From Balanoglossus misakiensis (Eukaryota; Animalia; Hemichordata), in the NCBI GenBank assembly GCA_040954595.2, contig CM082592.2, positions 4,046,735 through 4,110,734 of the forward strand: a DNA stretch of 64,000 bases, written 5' to 3'. Position 1 is the first letter of the stretch, and every line of letters starts with the position of its first letter. Of this stretch, positions 14,053 to 26,597 are shown piece after piece. A program made the translations under genes and the position numbers. Below the pieces are notes generated by a model that was not told where the DNA came from, ran no database searches, and saw only the letters and a list, made by a program, of their open reading frames with translations.

Positions 14053-15741
14053 TTGTTGATGAATTTTGGGACAGGATATTGTCACACTCTATCACATATG
14101 GGCAATTCCATTCGACATCATTCACAACCACAAACTGATTTGAAATCTGATTGTCGCCTTAATGCCTTTGAGCCTACAACTGCTGATGAAATTGACAAGG
14201 TTATTCGTGCATCGCCTTCATCTACTTGTCGCCTTGATCCGATTCCAACCAAGATCTTCAAACATTCTGACATTTTACAAGTTTTGTTACCACATATCAC
14301 AGAAATCTTCAATAACTCTCTGCAGTATGGTGTTGTACCTGCTCATTTCAAGGAAGCCGTCGTTAAACCTCTACTTAAAAAACCATCTCTTGATCATGAA
14401 GTTCTCAAAAATTTCCGTCCTGTATCCAACCTGCCGTTTTTGTCGAAGATCCTGGAACGTATTGTTGCCAAGAGACTGACTTCTCACATTGTCAACCATT
14501 CATTGGACGAGCCTTTGCAATCTGCTTACAAGCCAGGACACAGTACTGAGACTGCTCTCCTCAAAGTAACAAATGACATTTTGCTTGCTCTTGATGAAAA
14601 AAGAGATGTTTTCTTGGTATTACTCGATCTTTCCGCAGCATTTGACACTGTGAACCATACCATTTTACTCAATCGCTTAAGAGACCGCTTTGGTCTCTCT
14701 GATACTGTTCTCATGTGGTTTAAGTCATACCTTTCCAATCGTAGTCAGTGTGTACTTGTAAATTCCACCCAATCACCTTTTTATCCGCTCGACACTGGGG
14801 TACCACAGGGATCAGTTCTTGGTCCCATACTTTTCAATATGTACACGTCTCCATTAGGTGAATTAGTTCAAAGTCATGGTTGTCTTTATAGTTTTTATGC
14901 AGATGACTCTTCACTTTATATGTCTTTTAGTAAAGACAACGCAGCAAGAACTGTTTCAAATCTTGAACTTTGTATATCTGATGTTAGGTTTTGGATGTCT
15001 GAAAACTTCTTGTGCTTAAACGATGATAAGACTGAATTTGTTATTTTCTCTGGCATTTTGGGTGATCTGTCTGCTAGAGGGATTTCAGAGATTCGTGTTG
15101 GCGATTCTCTGATTCCCGTCCATTGTCAGGCTAAGAGCCTTGGAGTGATCCTTGACTCTTGTCTGACAATGAAGCCACATATTGGACAGATCTGCCGCTC
15201 TGCCACTTTTCATTTACGTCGCATTGCGCTTATCCGCAAATATTTATCTCATTCTGCTACAGAGCAATTAGTTCATGCATTCATTACGTCTCGGATTGAT
15301 TCATGTAATTCACTTTTATTTGGGCTCCCGAAGTATTCAATCAACCGTATCCAACGCGTTCAGAATATTGCTGCTAGAATTGTAACTCGTTCAAAAATCA
15401 CCTGTCACATCACTCCAATTTTGTATCAGTTGCACTGGCTACCTGTTACAGAGCGTATTGTTTTTAAGATGTTAGTTCTCATTTTTAAATCCATTCATAA
15501 ACTTGGTCCAATCTATCTTTCTATCATGACTAATCTATATGTTCCCTGTCGCAATTTAAGGTCAGCTGATCAGTTCAAACTCTGCCCTGTTCGATCACGC
15601 ACCAAGAGTTATGGTGATCGTGCTTTTACTGTTGCTGCTCCAATTCTTTGGAATAATCTTCCACTCACCATTCGCCAGGCACCAGACTTATCTGTTTTTA
15701 AATCAAATGTTAAAACTTTACTTTTTAAATCTGTTTTTTAG
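14053..15741 (+). CDS. Reverse transcriptase domain and C-terminus of LINE ORF2 (N-terminally truncated)
   Basis: Motifs NFRPVSNLPFLSKILE, HSTETAL, LLDLSAAFDTVNH, GVPQGSVLGP, YADD (14896-14907) and HITPILYQLHWLPV, with no internal stops. The first ~15 codons are probably flanking DNA. Confidence 0.9.
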   Translation: MLMNFGTGYCHTLSHMGNSIRHHSQPQTDLKSDCRLNAFEPTTADEIDKVIRASPSSTCRLDPIPTKIFKHSDILQVLLPHITEIFNNSLQYGVVPAHFKEAVVKPLLKKPSLDHEVLKNFRPVSNLPFLSKILERIVAKRLTSHIVNHSLDEPLQSAYKPGHSTETALLKVTNDILLALDEKRDVFLVLLDLSAAFDTVNHTILLNRLRDRFGLSDTVLMWFKSYLSNRSQCVLVNSTQSPFYPLDTGVPQGSVLGPILFNMYTSPLGELVQSHGCLYSFYADDSSLYMSFSKDNAARTVSNLELCISDVRFWMSENFLCLNDDKTEFVIFSGILGDLSARGISEIRVGDSLIPVHCQAKSLGVILDSCLTMKPHIGQICRSATFHLRRIALIRKYLSHSATEQLVHAFITSRIDSCNSLLFGLPKYSINRIQRVQNIAARIVTRSKITCHITPILYQLHWLPVTERIVFKMLVLIFKSIHKLGPIYLSIMTNLYVPCRNLRSADQFKLCPVRSRTKSYGDRAFTVAAPILWNNLPLTIRQAPDLSVFKSNVKTLLFKSVF

Positions 15742-15834
15742 CCATTTGTTGTATTGTACTTTTGCTTTAAGCGTCATTGATCACATTTTTTGTGGATACT
15801 GACGCTATACAAATAAATTATTATTATTATTATT
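14100..15834 (+). mobile_element. 5'-truncated non-LTR retrotransposon (L2/CR1 group LINE), intronic, same orientation as the host gene
   Basis: RT ORF, then a 3' UTR with stem GCGTCA...TGACGC (15771-15805), AATAAA (15812-15817) and a (TAT)n tail. Possible short target duplication ACATAT at 14094-14099 and 15835-15840. No endonuclease domain or ORF1 is present. Confidence 0.9.
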
Positions 15835-15970
15835 ACATATTAATTTTTCTCAAAAATCAGTGGCTGCTTTTCCGTACCACGTATTTTTTATTCGCATTTG
15901 AAAACAGCAGGTGTGATTGCAACTTCTTCATCTTAACATTTCTTTGTTGCTGTGATTCTTGTTGTTGTAG

Positions 15971-16096
15971 GAGTTAGAGGATGCTAAACATCGTTTGGAT
16001 GAAAGCGAAAGTGGGAAACAGCAATTGGCTGAGCAGACCGCTGCCTTGGAGATCAAAATGCAGGCACTTGAAAATGACACAAAGAAACAAATCGAG
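15971..16096 (+). CDS. Coiled-coil exon (ELEDAKHRL...KKQIE)
   Basis: Acceptor gttgttgtAG, donor GTAACG; 126 nt, phase 0-0. Confidence 0.85.
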
Positions 16097-16479
16097 GTAA
16101 CGTTTTGACCCTCATGCAAAAGCTAGGTCATCAGTTTGTCTGTAGGATCATACACAGCTCATTGTCCTGTCTGTGCTTTGAAATAAAGGGAAAAAAGTAA
16201 ATGAATCTAAGGAAAGCTTGCTTTCTCACAGCGAGAGTGGCCAATTTTTTTTAACCCTTTCACCCCCAGATCCCATTTTAGAGGTCCAACCTTACCACAG
16301 AAAACAATGGCTTTGGACTGAACCATGGTCAATTACTGTACAATAAATTGCAGAGGAACTATAACAAAGTGGCCACGAACACAGGTTTGACTGTAAGGCA
16401 CTTTTATACAGTGTACATCAATACATACATGTTGACACTCTCACAGACTAAAACAAAGTTTTTGCTGTGTCTCCGACAG

Positions 16480-16794
16480 GACAAACAGGAAACCTACGAG
16501 GGTCTGAAGGACAAGCTGGCCAAGGAGATGGCCACCACCAACCAGGAGATGGAGCACCGCAACCGCCGAGTGCTGGCGCTGGAGAGCGACCTGGCCGAGA
16601 AGGAGATGACCAATCGGCAGCTGCAGGAGAAACTGATCCAGATGCAGTCGGAGCTGCGGCAGGAATCGCAGACACGGGAGAAGGCGGTGGAGGAGAGTGA
16701 CCGGCAAAGCAAGGCATTCCAGGCGGAGAAAGACATGGCGTTGAACAACCTCAGGGATGAGTTGCAGAGAGAGAAGGACAGAGAATTGACAGAG
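16480..16794 (+). CDS. Coiled-coil exon (DKQETYEG...RELTE)
   Basis: Acceptor ctccgacAG, donor GTAACA; phase 0-0; within ORF 16348. Confidence 0.9.
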
Positions 16795-17207
16795 GTAACA
16801 TTGCAGTACTGATTTCGATTAAAGGGACAAAGCTACTAATTTTCGATATTCATCATAATAATAATAACTTTATAGTCAACAAAAAATGTCAAAAATTGTC
16901 GTCAGGCTCATCACCAAAAGTTAAAAATACAGATTAGGATTAAATATAAAGTGATAAAATTGAATACGATAAAATCAGTAAATACGAACTTACACGCACA
17001 CAAAACGTGCTAGTGTCAGACTGAAGTTGAGCTCGGAATAAATACAGCTGTTTTGAGAACAGATTTTCTACACAGGTTATTCCTGGCAAACGGAACTCTG
17101 TACCTCACACGTTTTATATGGACAAACAGAGTCTGATCTGTCAATTTGTTTTTGCAGAAGGATAATTTTTGTCTCATATGATAACATTTGTGTATCCTCT
17201 TTTGCAG

Positions 17208-17303
17208 GCAAAGAACAAACTTGAGAAGGAGAGAAGAGACGACTTCGCCAAACAAGAAGATAAAATTGCTGAGCAAATGGCTGAGTTTCAACAAATCTTG
17301 TTG
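17208..17303 (+). CDS. Coiled-coil exon (AKNKLEKE...FQQILL)
   Basis: Acceptor cttttgcAG, donor GTATGT; phase 0-0. Confidence 0.85.
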
Positions 17304-18155
17304 GTATGTTTTTGCAATTTTTATTTTTATTTCAGTGCTTTGATAGTTTCCCAGGTCATTACCCTCATACTTGGTATCTCCCACCCTCCCCCTTCCTATC
17401 TCCTCACTTCCTCTATCCCCTCTCCCTCCTTCACTGTACATTCACCCATCGCTGGAGACAAGTGACAGTAATCCTGACCTCTTGAGATTTTACATAACAC
17501 ACACTTCCAGGTTTCTTAGAATTGCATGGCTCTTCAAATTGCAAGGGTCACCTATTTCATACAATTCATGCATCATTTGGAGCTGTTCCTCTAGGAGAAG
17601 TCCTCCAACGTGATCTTGAGAGAGAAATCGTTTTTGTGTAAAAAGAAGAGCCTGGCCATCTATGTAATTGCATGGGTGTCCTTCGCAGTGGCTAAATGAT
17701 GTTGCCTTGTTACTCTGAATGAAAAAAAAAAGAAAGAAAATAATCCAATTATTGGAACAAAAATGTATAGGTACTGGAGGTACAAGTGTAATTTGGCCAG
17801 TTTGCCTGCAGTCAAATCCTTCCAAATATATCCCAGCTGTGTCATATAATCCACTTTCATATTTTTATGTAATGTTCCGACTTATCTTCCCTGTAACTCC
17901 TTGTCACAAGATTTTAACACTTTCCATACCGTGTGCTCTCCTGCTGTGATGTTAACTCGACCTTTCCATTGGGTAATTAGGGGTGATGGGTTAGCAGAAA
18001 TTGTTAAAATTGAGGGTATGATGTAAATGTACATGTTACGATGAGATTCTCACCATCTGGTCGCTGCTTGGGCAACAGTATTGGTGTGTGATCCAGTCAG
18101 ACATTGACGTCAGAGATACATTGTACCCTTTGCCACAGTGGAGCTTGTGTTGTGC

Positions 18156-18378
18156 TTGTTTGTAATGTGTATACATATTTGTTTGTTTGTTGTTATTGTT
18201 TGATATAATAAACAAAAAAATATGTTTGTTTGTTTGTTTGTTTGTTTGTTTGTAAATAAACAAACGAAAATGTTTTTATTTCAATCAATAACAACAGCAA
18301 ACAAACAAACAACATTTTTTTTGTTTATTATATCAGCAATAACAACAAACAAATGTTACATACATAGACTACAAACAA
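18156..18378. repeat. Imperfect foldback (inverted repeat) built around TTTG/CAAA microsatellite
   Basis: Left arm ttgttgttattgtttgatataataaacaaaaaaa pairs, with small mismatches, with right arm ttttttttgtttattatatcagcaataacaacaa. Confidence 0.7.
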
Positions 18379-18659
18379 GGAGAAAGAGCTCCCTGTGGTA
18401 TGGGTACAAACAAAATGGGAAATATTGCAGTGATTGTGTAAAACAAAATACAGACAAGTCAAATTTCAAATTTCCTTTCCAATTTGTATGAATTTTATGA
18501 AGTTTTTTTGTAGCCCTGCCTCTTTCATTCGGCGCATGAGGTCCTTCACTATGACATCTGGCAAAAATCCCCCGCACATTTTATGTCATACAATATATCA
18601 CTGTGTCTTTATTTGAGCATTAACACTGACAACTGTCTGTGTTTCTCCACTGACAACAG

Positions 18660-18761
18660 ACCAAAGAGGAAGAGTTGGAACTGACTCGCAAAAGGCTGAG
18701 ACAGCAGGAGGACGCGACGAGAAACCTCGGAGACAAGATGAGAGAGGAAGCGAAAGAACAG
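18660..18761 (+). CDS. Coiled-coil exon (TKEEELEL...EAKEQ)
   Basis: Acceptor tgacaacAG, donor GTGAGA; 102 nt, phase 0-0. Confidence 0.85.
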
Positions 18762-20145
18762 GTGAGAGAGAGAGAGCAAGCTCATCATCGCTAGAGGTGT
18801 GAATGAACGGCGTCTGAATCAAAAGCCAATACGTGCTTCAATTAAACGACTTCAAAATTTCTGCAGGCACTTATTCTGTAGAGTGCCATAAGTCAAGCGT
18901 CATGGCCGCGCTCTTGACAGCTCTTTCACAAAGGGTGATAATGAATGTCGACCTTTTTTGTTTGCTTTCACACGTCAAAGATGGAGAGGCACGGTGAGAA
19001 AAATTGGTCGTGAGAGTGGACCTGTATATTTGTTCGACCGTGTCGTGTTTTCTGATTCATTAATGGTGCTTATGTGGGAGGACATTTTTAGTGGGTGTGG
19101 TTGACCGCATAAAGCAAATAATAGTCTTATCCTTCTGTGTGTGTGTGTTTCTGCGCCATTGCTTTCTCGAAAAATCTTGGTCACATTGATACTTGGTACA
19201 TGTAGTTCTGAACTGATTTTGGTTTCGATATTAGTGGCTTGGAAGATGGTAAAGTTATTGATTGAAAATTAAATCAGCAAGTGGAAGTCTGAGAATTCAG
19301 TCCCCCTCACCATCAATAAAGAGACAAAAGGGGTGGTATTACAGGTGTTGAGGGCGCTGTCTGTGACAGATACATGTATGTATGGTACTTTAAACAAACA
19401 AAAATCTGACTTACAAACTCCGTCTTCAAATAATTTACTATCCCAATCATCGTTCGAGATCAAATCCTATACTGTTGTCCCAAATGTTTCAGTGATCAGG
19501 GTGTTCTCACACTGTTTGTTATTCTCAATTAAATCCCAATGTACACCTAGGATGAGGATTTTCATCTCTATGGCAACCGGGTAAGATGGACAACCTGATT
19601 GTCAAGAACTAGATTAGTGTATTCGTGTCAGTGAAAGTTTGATGTTGTAATTGTAGTTTCATGGCTGTATAGCCATAAAATGTTAATTTGTTTCAGTTTA
19701 ATTTTGATGTTGCAGTTGTGGTTTTATATATGTACATGTATGCACTGTACGGTAATTCTGGCTGTGCCCATAAAATGTCTATCAAGAGAACGACTGTGTC
19801 AACCTTTTCAATGGGTTTTATTTCATGAAATACTACCCCTTTTTAGCAATTTTAAACAGTGCACTGCACTGCATCTTTGGTGTTGTAAACTGTTAATTAT
19901 AGAAATACACATTTGTTTCTGCACTTGTCAAGGGTTATAGAATTGTGTGTAGCATCGGCATTGTTATTAGCCTCTGACGGTTCTTAATGCATGCAGGAAA
20001 TTGTATATTCTGGCCATCCGACAGTAGTATCTGAGTTTGACTGATTTCAATAACAAACAGATGATGATGATGATGATGATGATGATGGATGATGATTAAA
20101 CGCTGAACAACATTAAAGGACTTACAACTCTTGCCTTCCCTGCAG

Positions 20146-20328
20146 ATCAAAAGTGCAATAGCCAAGGAGAGAGAAATCTGGGAGAAGGAGATGGAACGAC
20201 ATGTCAGCCGGGAGCAGGAATCTTGGGAAGAGCAGGCGGCCAAGAATTTGGCCAAACTGAGAGAAGAACTGGAGCAAGAGAGACAGATGGCACTATCCTT
20301 CCAGAACACCATATCAACACTCCGAGAG
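20146..20328 (+). CDS. Coiled-coil exon (IKSAIAKERE...STLRE)
   Basis: Acceptor cttccctgcAG, donor GTAGGA; phase 0-0. Confidence 0.9.
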
Positions 20329-20792
20329 GTAGGATGATACTTAATATAGAAAAATATTGATACAATAGTTAAACGACCACAAACAAAATTTGTTTTTTAA
20401 CATTTTTTTAATACCCCAATATTGTAATTAAAATATGAAGTACAACTCATACTGGTAATGCAATTGCCAAAGTAAACATTGGCAAATTTCAAATATCATG
20501 TATATAGTATATGGAAGTAACATCTATTGGGAACAGCTGGGAAAATAATAGTACAGTACACAGGTAATTTGAAAGTAGTGCATGATTGTTGTTCGTTCTA
20601 TCTGATGTATGCATCACTATTCAATCTGGTCAGTTCATCATATGAGATTGAAATGCATCTTCGAACTTAAAGATTTCTCTCGAGACTATAAAGTGAGGCT
20701 GTATGCAAGCACTTCTCATCTCTAAGGGTTTATAGATCGTTGACCAAAGACGGTAAAACATTTGCCCATCAATTTATTTATTTCTGTCCCAG

Positions 20793-20924
20793 GAAATGGA
20801 GGCTCACAGACAAGAAAACCGAGCGGCACAGAGAGAGAAGATCGATGCCGTCACCAAAGCGAGGGAAGCTGCAAGGAAGGAGAAACAGGCGGAGTTGGAT
20901 AAACTGCGAGAGAAACTAACTCAG
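20793..20924 (+). CDS. Coiled-coil exon (EMEAHRQE...EKLTQ)
   Basis: Acceptor tctgtcccAG, donor GTGAGC; phase 0-0. Confidence 0.9.
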
Positions 20925-22739
20925 GTGAGCGATCTGTCTTGTCATGAACTGCTCTCTGACATGTTTATGTTCTGCTAACTGGCACACCTGATGTTCTTAA
21001 GCCTCAATTTGGATTTCAATGTCTTCGTATCCTTCTATCAATAACTGTCCACGTTTCTCACATGGGTAAAATTCAATGCACTGAGTTCAGATATCAGTGA
21101 TGCTCCAGATACTGTACTCCAGCGCATCAATGTTTTGTTTTGACTGTGGGGGCGCTGTTGTATTTTTTGGACTCAGTGGTTTCTGTTATACATGGAAGAT
21201 TAATTTGGTGTTTGTTGAAAGCAACATTTATGAAGAATGACGACATTCTGTGTGTCTGTATGTGTCTGTGTATGTGTGTCTGGGTATATGTCAAAGACTT
21301 TGGTTGGTAATTTCCCAGCATGTCTCTAAACCACCTGTCGCTGTATACTGCTTGCTAAGATTTTCTCGAACATACAAATATGTTCCAACGTCCTTTGCTT
21401 TGCATTCAATCAACTATTTTACCCGGTGTACAGGATAAAAACAAACAGTTGATATTATGGACGTAAAACAAAACAGAACAAGATATTATGAAAAAATCTA
21501 ATCATATTATAAAAAATTCTTTCAGATGAAAAGTTGATGTCTTTGCCTATATGTGTGACACACCTTGAACTATATAGGGAACACATACTGAGTCTATCCT
21601 GAGGAAATGACCTTGTGAATTTTTCAAGGCCATGTTCTGACCCCCTTTCACCCCTCTACATGGAATCACCCGTGTTGCTTTCTGTTGTGCAGTTGGAACC
21701 ATGTACAAAAAGATAGGGGTGTGCGGGTTCAAATGGTAATCAATGGAACTGAGTGTCTTTTTAAGTTTGTTGTTGAGATAAGGGGCTTTTCAAACATTTT
21801 ACTGTCTTTTTTATATGTGAGTCAATTGAAGAGGTCACTCAAGTCAATCCTGACGATCGGTACCTCGTTTCTTTTTTCTCTTCTTTCTTCTATTGTAACA
21901 CAGCCATTGTTGGTTGTGCAGATATGACTATCAAATGGTTAGGTTCGCACTTAGTGGCGTGAGGCCCTGTTAAAATGAGACATTCAGTTCTTATATACAA
22001 AGCATGTGAAGGCAGTTCACCAGAAATGATTGATATTCTTGGTTTAATAAAAGTTGGTTGTGTATATAGTTGATTTCTGACATTTGGCACGGAGGACTGC
22101 CAGTGATCATTCCTTCACAGTCTTTGTATTTCTTTGACTAAACAACAAAGAAATATCTGAAATCTGAAGAGACAAAATCTTTTGAGTCCACACCCAGAAT
22201 GCTTGAACATTTAAGTCCTTTTTTATACAATAGATGATACGTGGTGGTATTTTATTTCGTCCCTTGTCCTGTGGTCATATTTTTTTTCTCTTAGAAGGTT
22301 CCGAACATTTTATTTGACGTGTCTATTGTTATTCTAAAAAAAAGGATTTCAATACATTGAGTACAAGTGGTGGTGCAAACACCGGGCTTTAAAGAGACTT
22401 AGAGAGAAGGACGTCAGAAGTTGGCCCAGTGCCAGAAGTCACCCTGTGCGGATATTCAGTATTGACATCCTGTGTGTTGATGTCATGCTCTTTGGTCGGA
22501 CTTTATTAATTCTGTTGTCTGTGTTCTGCCAAACGCACAGTAACACACGGGGCTTTACTCGTGTTGTCCGGAGAAATTTTTTGGCTCACCTAGGCAGTTT
22601 TACGACAATTTGTCTGTTTCCAGTCTGTCTGTGTAGATGTGCGTGTACACAACGGCCATTGTCATGCATTGTGTATGACGGATTCTCGACAAGCAGCTGT
22701 TAACGCACGTCGGGCGAATTCACCGTACCTTAATTCTCC

Positions 22740-22982
22740 ATGCTGCTGCGCACCGGACGACATCGGCCGCCGACATACGCCAGTGTGTCATGGAGGTACC
22801 CGGTGGCCTACACGGTGGGGCCGACGACGACGCGCTCCCCACCCCCGGGGGTGTGGAGAACCCAGCTTGAGCAGCTGAGCTCGCTGGCCAGCCTCTTCAA
22901 CTCCAGCCAGGATGTGCTGAAGTCGGCGACAATGACGTTGGACGATTTACCGTGTCACCATCGTCGTCGCGCAACAACGAAG
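22740..22982 (+). CDS. Putative alternative first coding exon (MLLRTGRHRPPTY...RRRATTK)
   Basis: GC-rich, coding-like island in an AT-rich intron. ATG at 22740 follows an in-frame TAA (22731). Donor AAG|GTAGCT at 22983 is phase 0, compatible with exon 25694. Confidence 0.5.
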
Positions 22983-24747
22983 GTAGCTGGACACTGTGTC
23001 TCCATTGTCTCCGAAGCCGCACAATTGTTGTAATATTTCACGCATTGTTTGCTCTGCCTGATAGTAACAAGGGGATATGGGGAAACCTTGTTAAGTGGGA
23101 TTGAACCGTTGTTTAAACAAGTACATACCAGCTCATATACATCATAGACACCCTGATATAACCCCAGGCAGTTTTAACGTCGATATCAATACTCAACCAT
23201 ATATATCCACTCAGAAAAAAAAGCAATGTTTAATTTCAACAGTACCCAATATTTAAACTTCTATACAGATGAAATTTCATGACATACGGTATTCACACTA
23301 ACATGCTATTATCTAAATTGAGTGTCTGTTAAACACCTCACACACAGCAGTCATCCCGAGTACCAGCTACATGTATTGTTGATAATAGTCCATTGTCTGC
23401 TAAACAATAGAAACAGCTTTGACCATCAACTGTTGTGATTCAGATTTGAATAATATCACGCACTATATTAATCGTCCATAATCTCTTATCAACCCCATTT
23501 ATATTTAGATGAATACCAACCACTCTGAAACAATTGCCATTTCGTCTCTTTAATAAGCCTATGTGTTGAACCGTTTAATATTTTTAACATGTACATATAT
23601 GGTGTACGTAGGTTTTGTTTGTATGCTGATGTTTGTTCTGTATTCAGAGTTCAATATGTAAGGTGGCTAAAAATATATAACATGCCAAATAGGTAATCAA
23701 TGTAATAATTGTCATTTGAATATCACCACCCAAAATCGTGTACTGCCTTTCTCATAATCTGAACAGATACAACATTAAAGTCTGTGAATCAGGGTCACTC
23801 TATGTGTTTGACAGTTTCAACAAAGATCCTAATGTGAGTGACCTTGTGTGTGAAGAGCCCTGTTGATTTTGGTGTCTGCAGTGACATTATGATGTGTGAC
23901 GTAGATGTCATCCATATTGTAATGTCAGGCGCTGACAGGATGGGGGAAAAATCTGTTGAATATAAGGATTAATGTGCATTTGCGTAGAATGTTAGGAACA
24001 GCTGACCCTTTGGTTCTCAATAAAACGGTTCCGTTCACAGACAAAGAACTGTTGTTTGCAGCTATAGAAATGCCGACGTCAACAAATATGGATCCAATGG
24101 GTATTTACGTATACTAAGGAAAACATCACCCATGAATGTCAGAGAATTTTTTATTTTTTTATTTATTTTTTATTTTATTTATTACTATTTTCCTTTTTTG
24201 GAAAGTGACATCGTGATGTTTATATGTGTCAGTAAATTTTATAAATTTATTTAATTGGCATATCTGCAATGAACATGTAATGCATGAGTTTCCTGTCAAG
24301 GGATGCAAGTTCAAAGTTACCACGGTATCCTGTTCTAGTTGGCAACATGGACAATGGAGGAATTGTTGTGTTGTTTTATACTGTCTCATTTATTTTGCTC
24401 GTAAATTATCACTGTGTAAGAAAACGGGGTGTGAAAATTAAGAGAATGTAAACAAGATTGAATTCTTTTTTGGTCGTGTACGTTTTAGTTGAGATCTACT
24501 CTAAAAGTCAGTTCAACCATGGTACTACGTCGATGGTTTAACAATAAGCAGTATTGTTCCCAATACAAAATAGATGTTTATCGTTTTCGTATTGTAGTCT
24601 GTTCAGTGAAGGGTGCTTGGATACCATGTCATACGATCACCCTGATGAATAATATCATTTAGGAGAGTTAAACATGTACACTACACTTACTGAATGAAGA
24701 ATGTACATGTACTGGTAGCGGCGATTGAATGCGTGAGCCCAGGGTAG

Positions 24748-25162
24748 TTTGCCTTAGCAACAGTCGTTGGGGCTGTTGGTGGATATATAGTATCTCAGGA
24801 CTACAACATTCCAATTTGCAAAGCAATTCATTTTTTTTCATTTTGGTGGCCTTTAAAGATCCATATGTTTAATAAGAGAATAGAGACACATATTTTGATC
24901 GTTGGAACATATCAGTATCCAGGTTGACCACTATCACAGGGGTTAATCCAGTGCGAATCCTTGAGAATTTGTCTTGTGTGTCATTATAGCCCCACACAGG
25001 TGACAGGGCTTATCTGACACTGCCTACAATGTACATACTCCAGTAACCAAGAATATACAGCCGAGACTCCCCTTAATGTCGCGGTGCGCCATTTGTTTAC
25101 ACCGGTTGCCGTAACAACCACTGCAGATCAAGGGGGGGAGGCATGATCGCGTTACTAGTAAC
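24748..25162. promoter_or_regulatory. Cluster of RFX X-box-like and forkhead sites (intronic enhancer or internal promoter)
   Basis: TTTGCCTTAGCAAC (24748), TGTTTAC (about 25094), GTTGCCGTAACAAC (25105) and the palindrome GTTACTAGTAAC (25151). Confidence 0.45.
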
Positions 25163-25438
25163 TTTGGTTTTGGACGTTGTGTGCAGGAGGTTTGCTTCAC
25201 ACTTTGTAATTAGATTGTGTTTGTTGTCTTGTGTCTGTTTAGTTGCGATAGGGTATAGAAGGCTATTGATTTTCACTGATAAAAGAAGTTGTGGCTTATC
25301 ACTTGAGCTGATATAAGAGGTGAACTATTTGATGGTTATTTTCTAGGTTGCCTCATTCGCTGTGCCATACAGCAGACTGAGGGCCTTCCTCTTATATCAA
25401 ATAAGTGTCCAACACCTGTGTGAAGTATCAGCAAAGTT

Positions 25439-25610
25439 TTAAAGGGACAAAGTCTCTCTCTCGCTACCCTTTTTCCACTAATTATGTTTGATGCAAGACA
25501 CTGTTATGTTAATGTACATTGTGGATATATATTGAATCAACGTTCAACCACACACACCTTCCATTCAGCTTGTAGACACGAGAATGAAAATACTCGCTAA
25601 AATCAATAAT
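25439..25610 (+). mobile_element. Left half of a palindromic TTAA-flanked MITE (same family as 57534-57890)
   Basis: Begins TTAAAGGGACAAAGTCTCTCTCTCGC and aligns to the left arm of the full element. Confidence 0.85.
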
Positions 25611-25693
25611 CGTTCTCTACTATTTTACTATTTTACTCTCATGAAACCAGAATTGTTTCTGACTGGCCACGATTTTGATTCTCTCTCCCACAG

Positions 25694-25914
25694 GAGAAGT
25701 TCGCCGAGGTCGACACGCTGAGACTGAAACTGAGGGATCAAGACGACGAACTGATCCAGCTGCGCTCGGACGTCAAATGTCATTCGCAGAAGGAGAAAGA
25801 GGCGGCCCTGCAAGCCGAGAGACACGAGAGGAGTCTGGTGATGGAAATCAACGATGAATGCAAAAGAATTGCCGGTGTCACTGGTGGGACGCCTCGAAAA
25901 GTGCCAGTAACAAG
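25694..25914 (+). CDS. Exon (EKFAEVDTL...TPRKVPVT)
   Basis: Acceptor ctctcccacAG, donor GTAAAA; phase 0-2. Confidence 0.9.
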
Positions 25915-26398
25915 GTAAAAATTAATTTGTCTTCAGTAGTTTTGTCTTTCAGGCTCTTCCTGAATAGTGTCTGGAATTTAAGACGGTTGTCCAGAATCTG
26001 GTCAGTTTTGCTCAGGTTTTTATGTCCAGTATCTGGACTGTCTTGTTCCTTGCTGTATTCTAGTCAGTGATCAGAGAGTACATGTATGAATGCTCCAGTC
26101 CAACATTGGCTGATAAACTGAACAGCATTTGTTATACCGTAGCCTAGATTATACAGTAAATGTATTCATTGCACTTTTGCCCTGAATTTTTAAGGAAGTG
26201 GGTGTCCTATAAACTACTTTCAGTAAAATGACATCCTCACATTTTGACAGTCAATGCAGCAAAACTGAATCGTCTAACTTTGAATCAAGATTTTGGCGCA
26301 AAATGGTGACGTTGAAATGAAACTACACACAGCATTCACTCGCCAACAAAATGACCCCCCAGTTCGGTGAGTAAATTTGACTTTTTCGTCCCGAGCAG

Positions 26399-26597
26399 AA
26401 CGGCAGACTATTCCCCGTCTGTGAACGGCTCCCCAGCCAAGAGTCCCAAACTGGGTCGCAGTGCCCTCCGACCTCAGGTCGGCCAGGCGCTAGGCAACCT
26501 GAAGAGTGCCAACGAGGAGCTCCGTCAGCACCTGAACACCGCGAGACAAGAACTGGAGAGAGAGAAGAAATCCGTCAGCAAAACAAGGAAAGAGAAG
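26399..26597 (+). CDS. Exon (TADYSPSVNG...TRKEK)
   Basis: Tandem acceptor gAGcAG (26393-26398), donor GTAGGT; phase 2-0. Confidence 0.85.

Noticed and set aside
19935-20312. Minus-strand ORF with a poly-His run
   Set aside because: The His run is an intronic (ATG)n microsatellite and the rest is antisense to a coiled-coil exon
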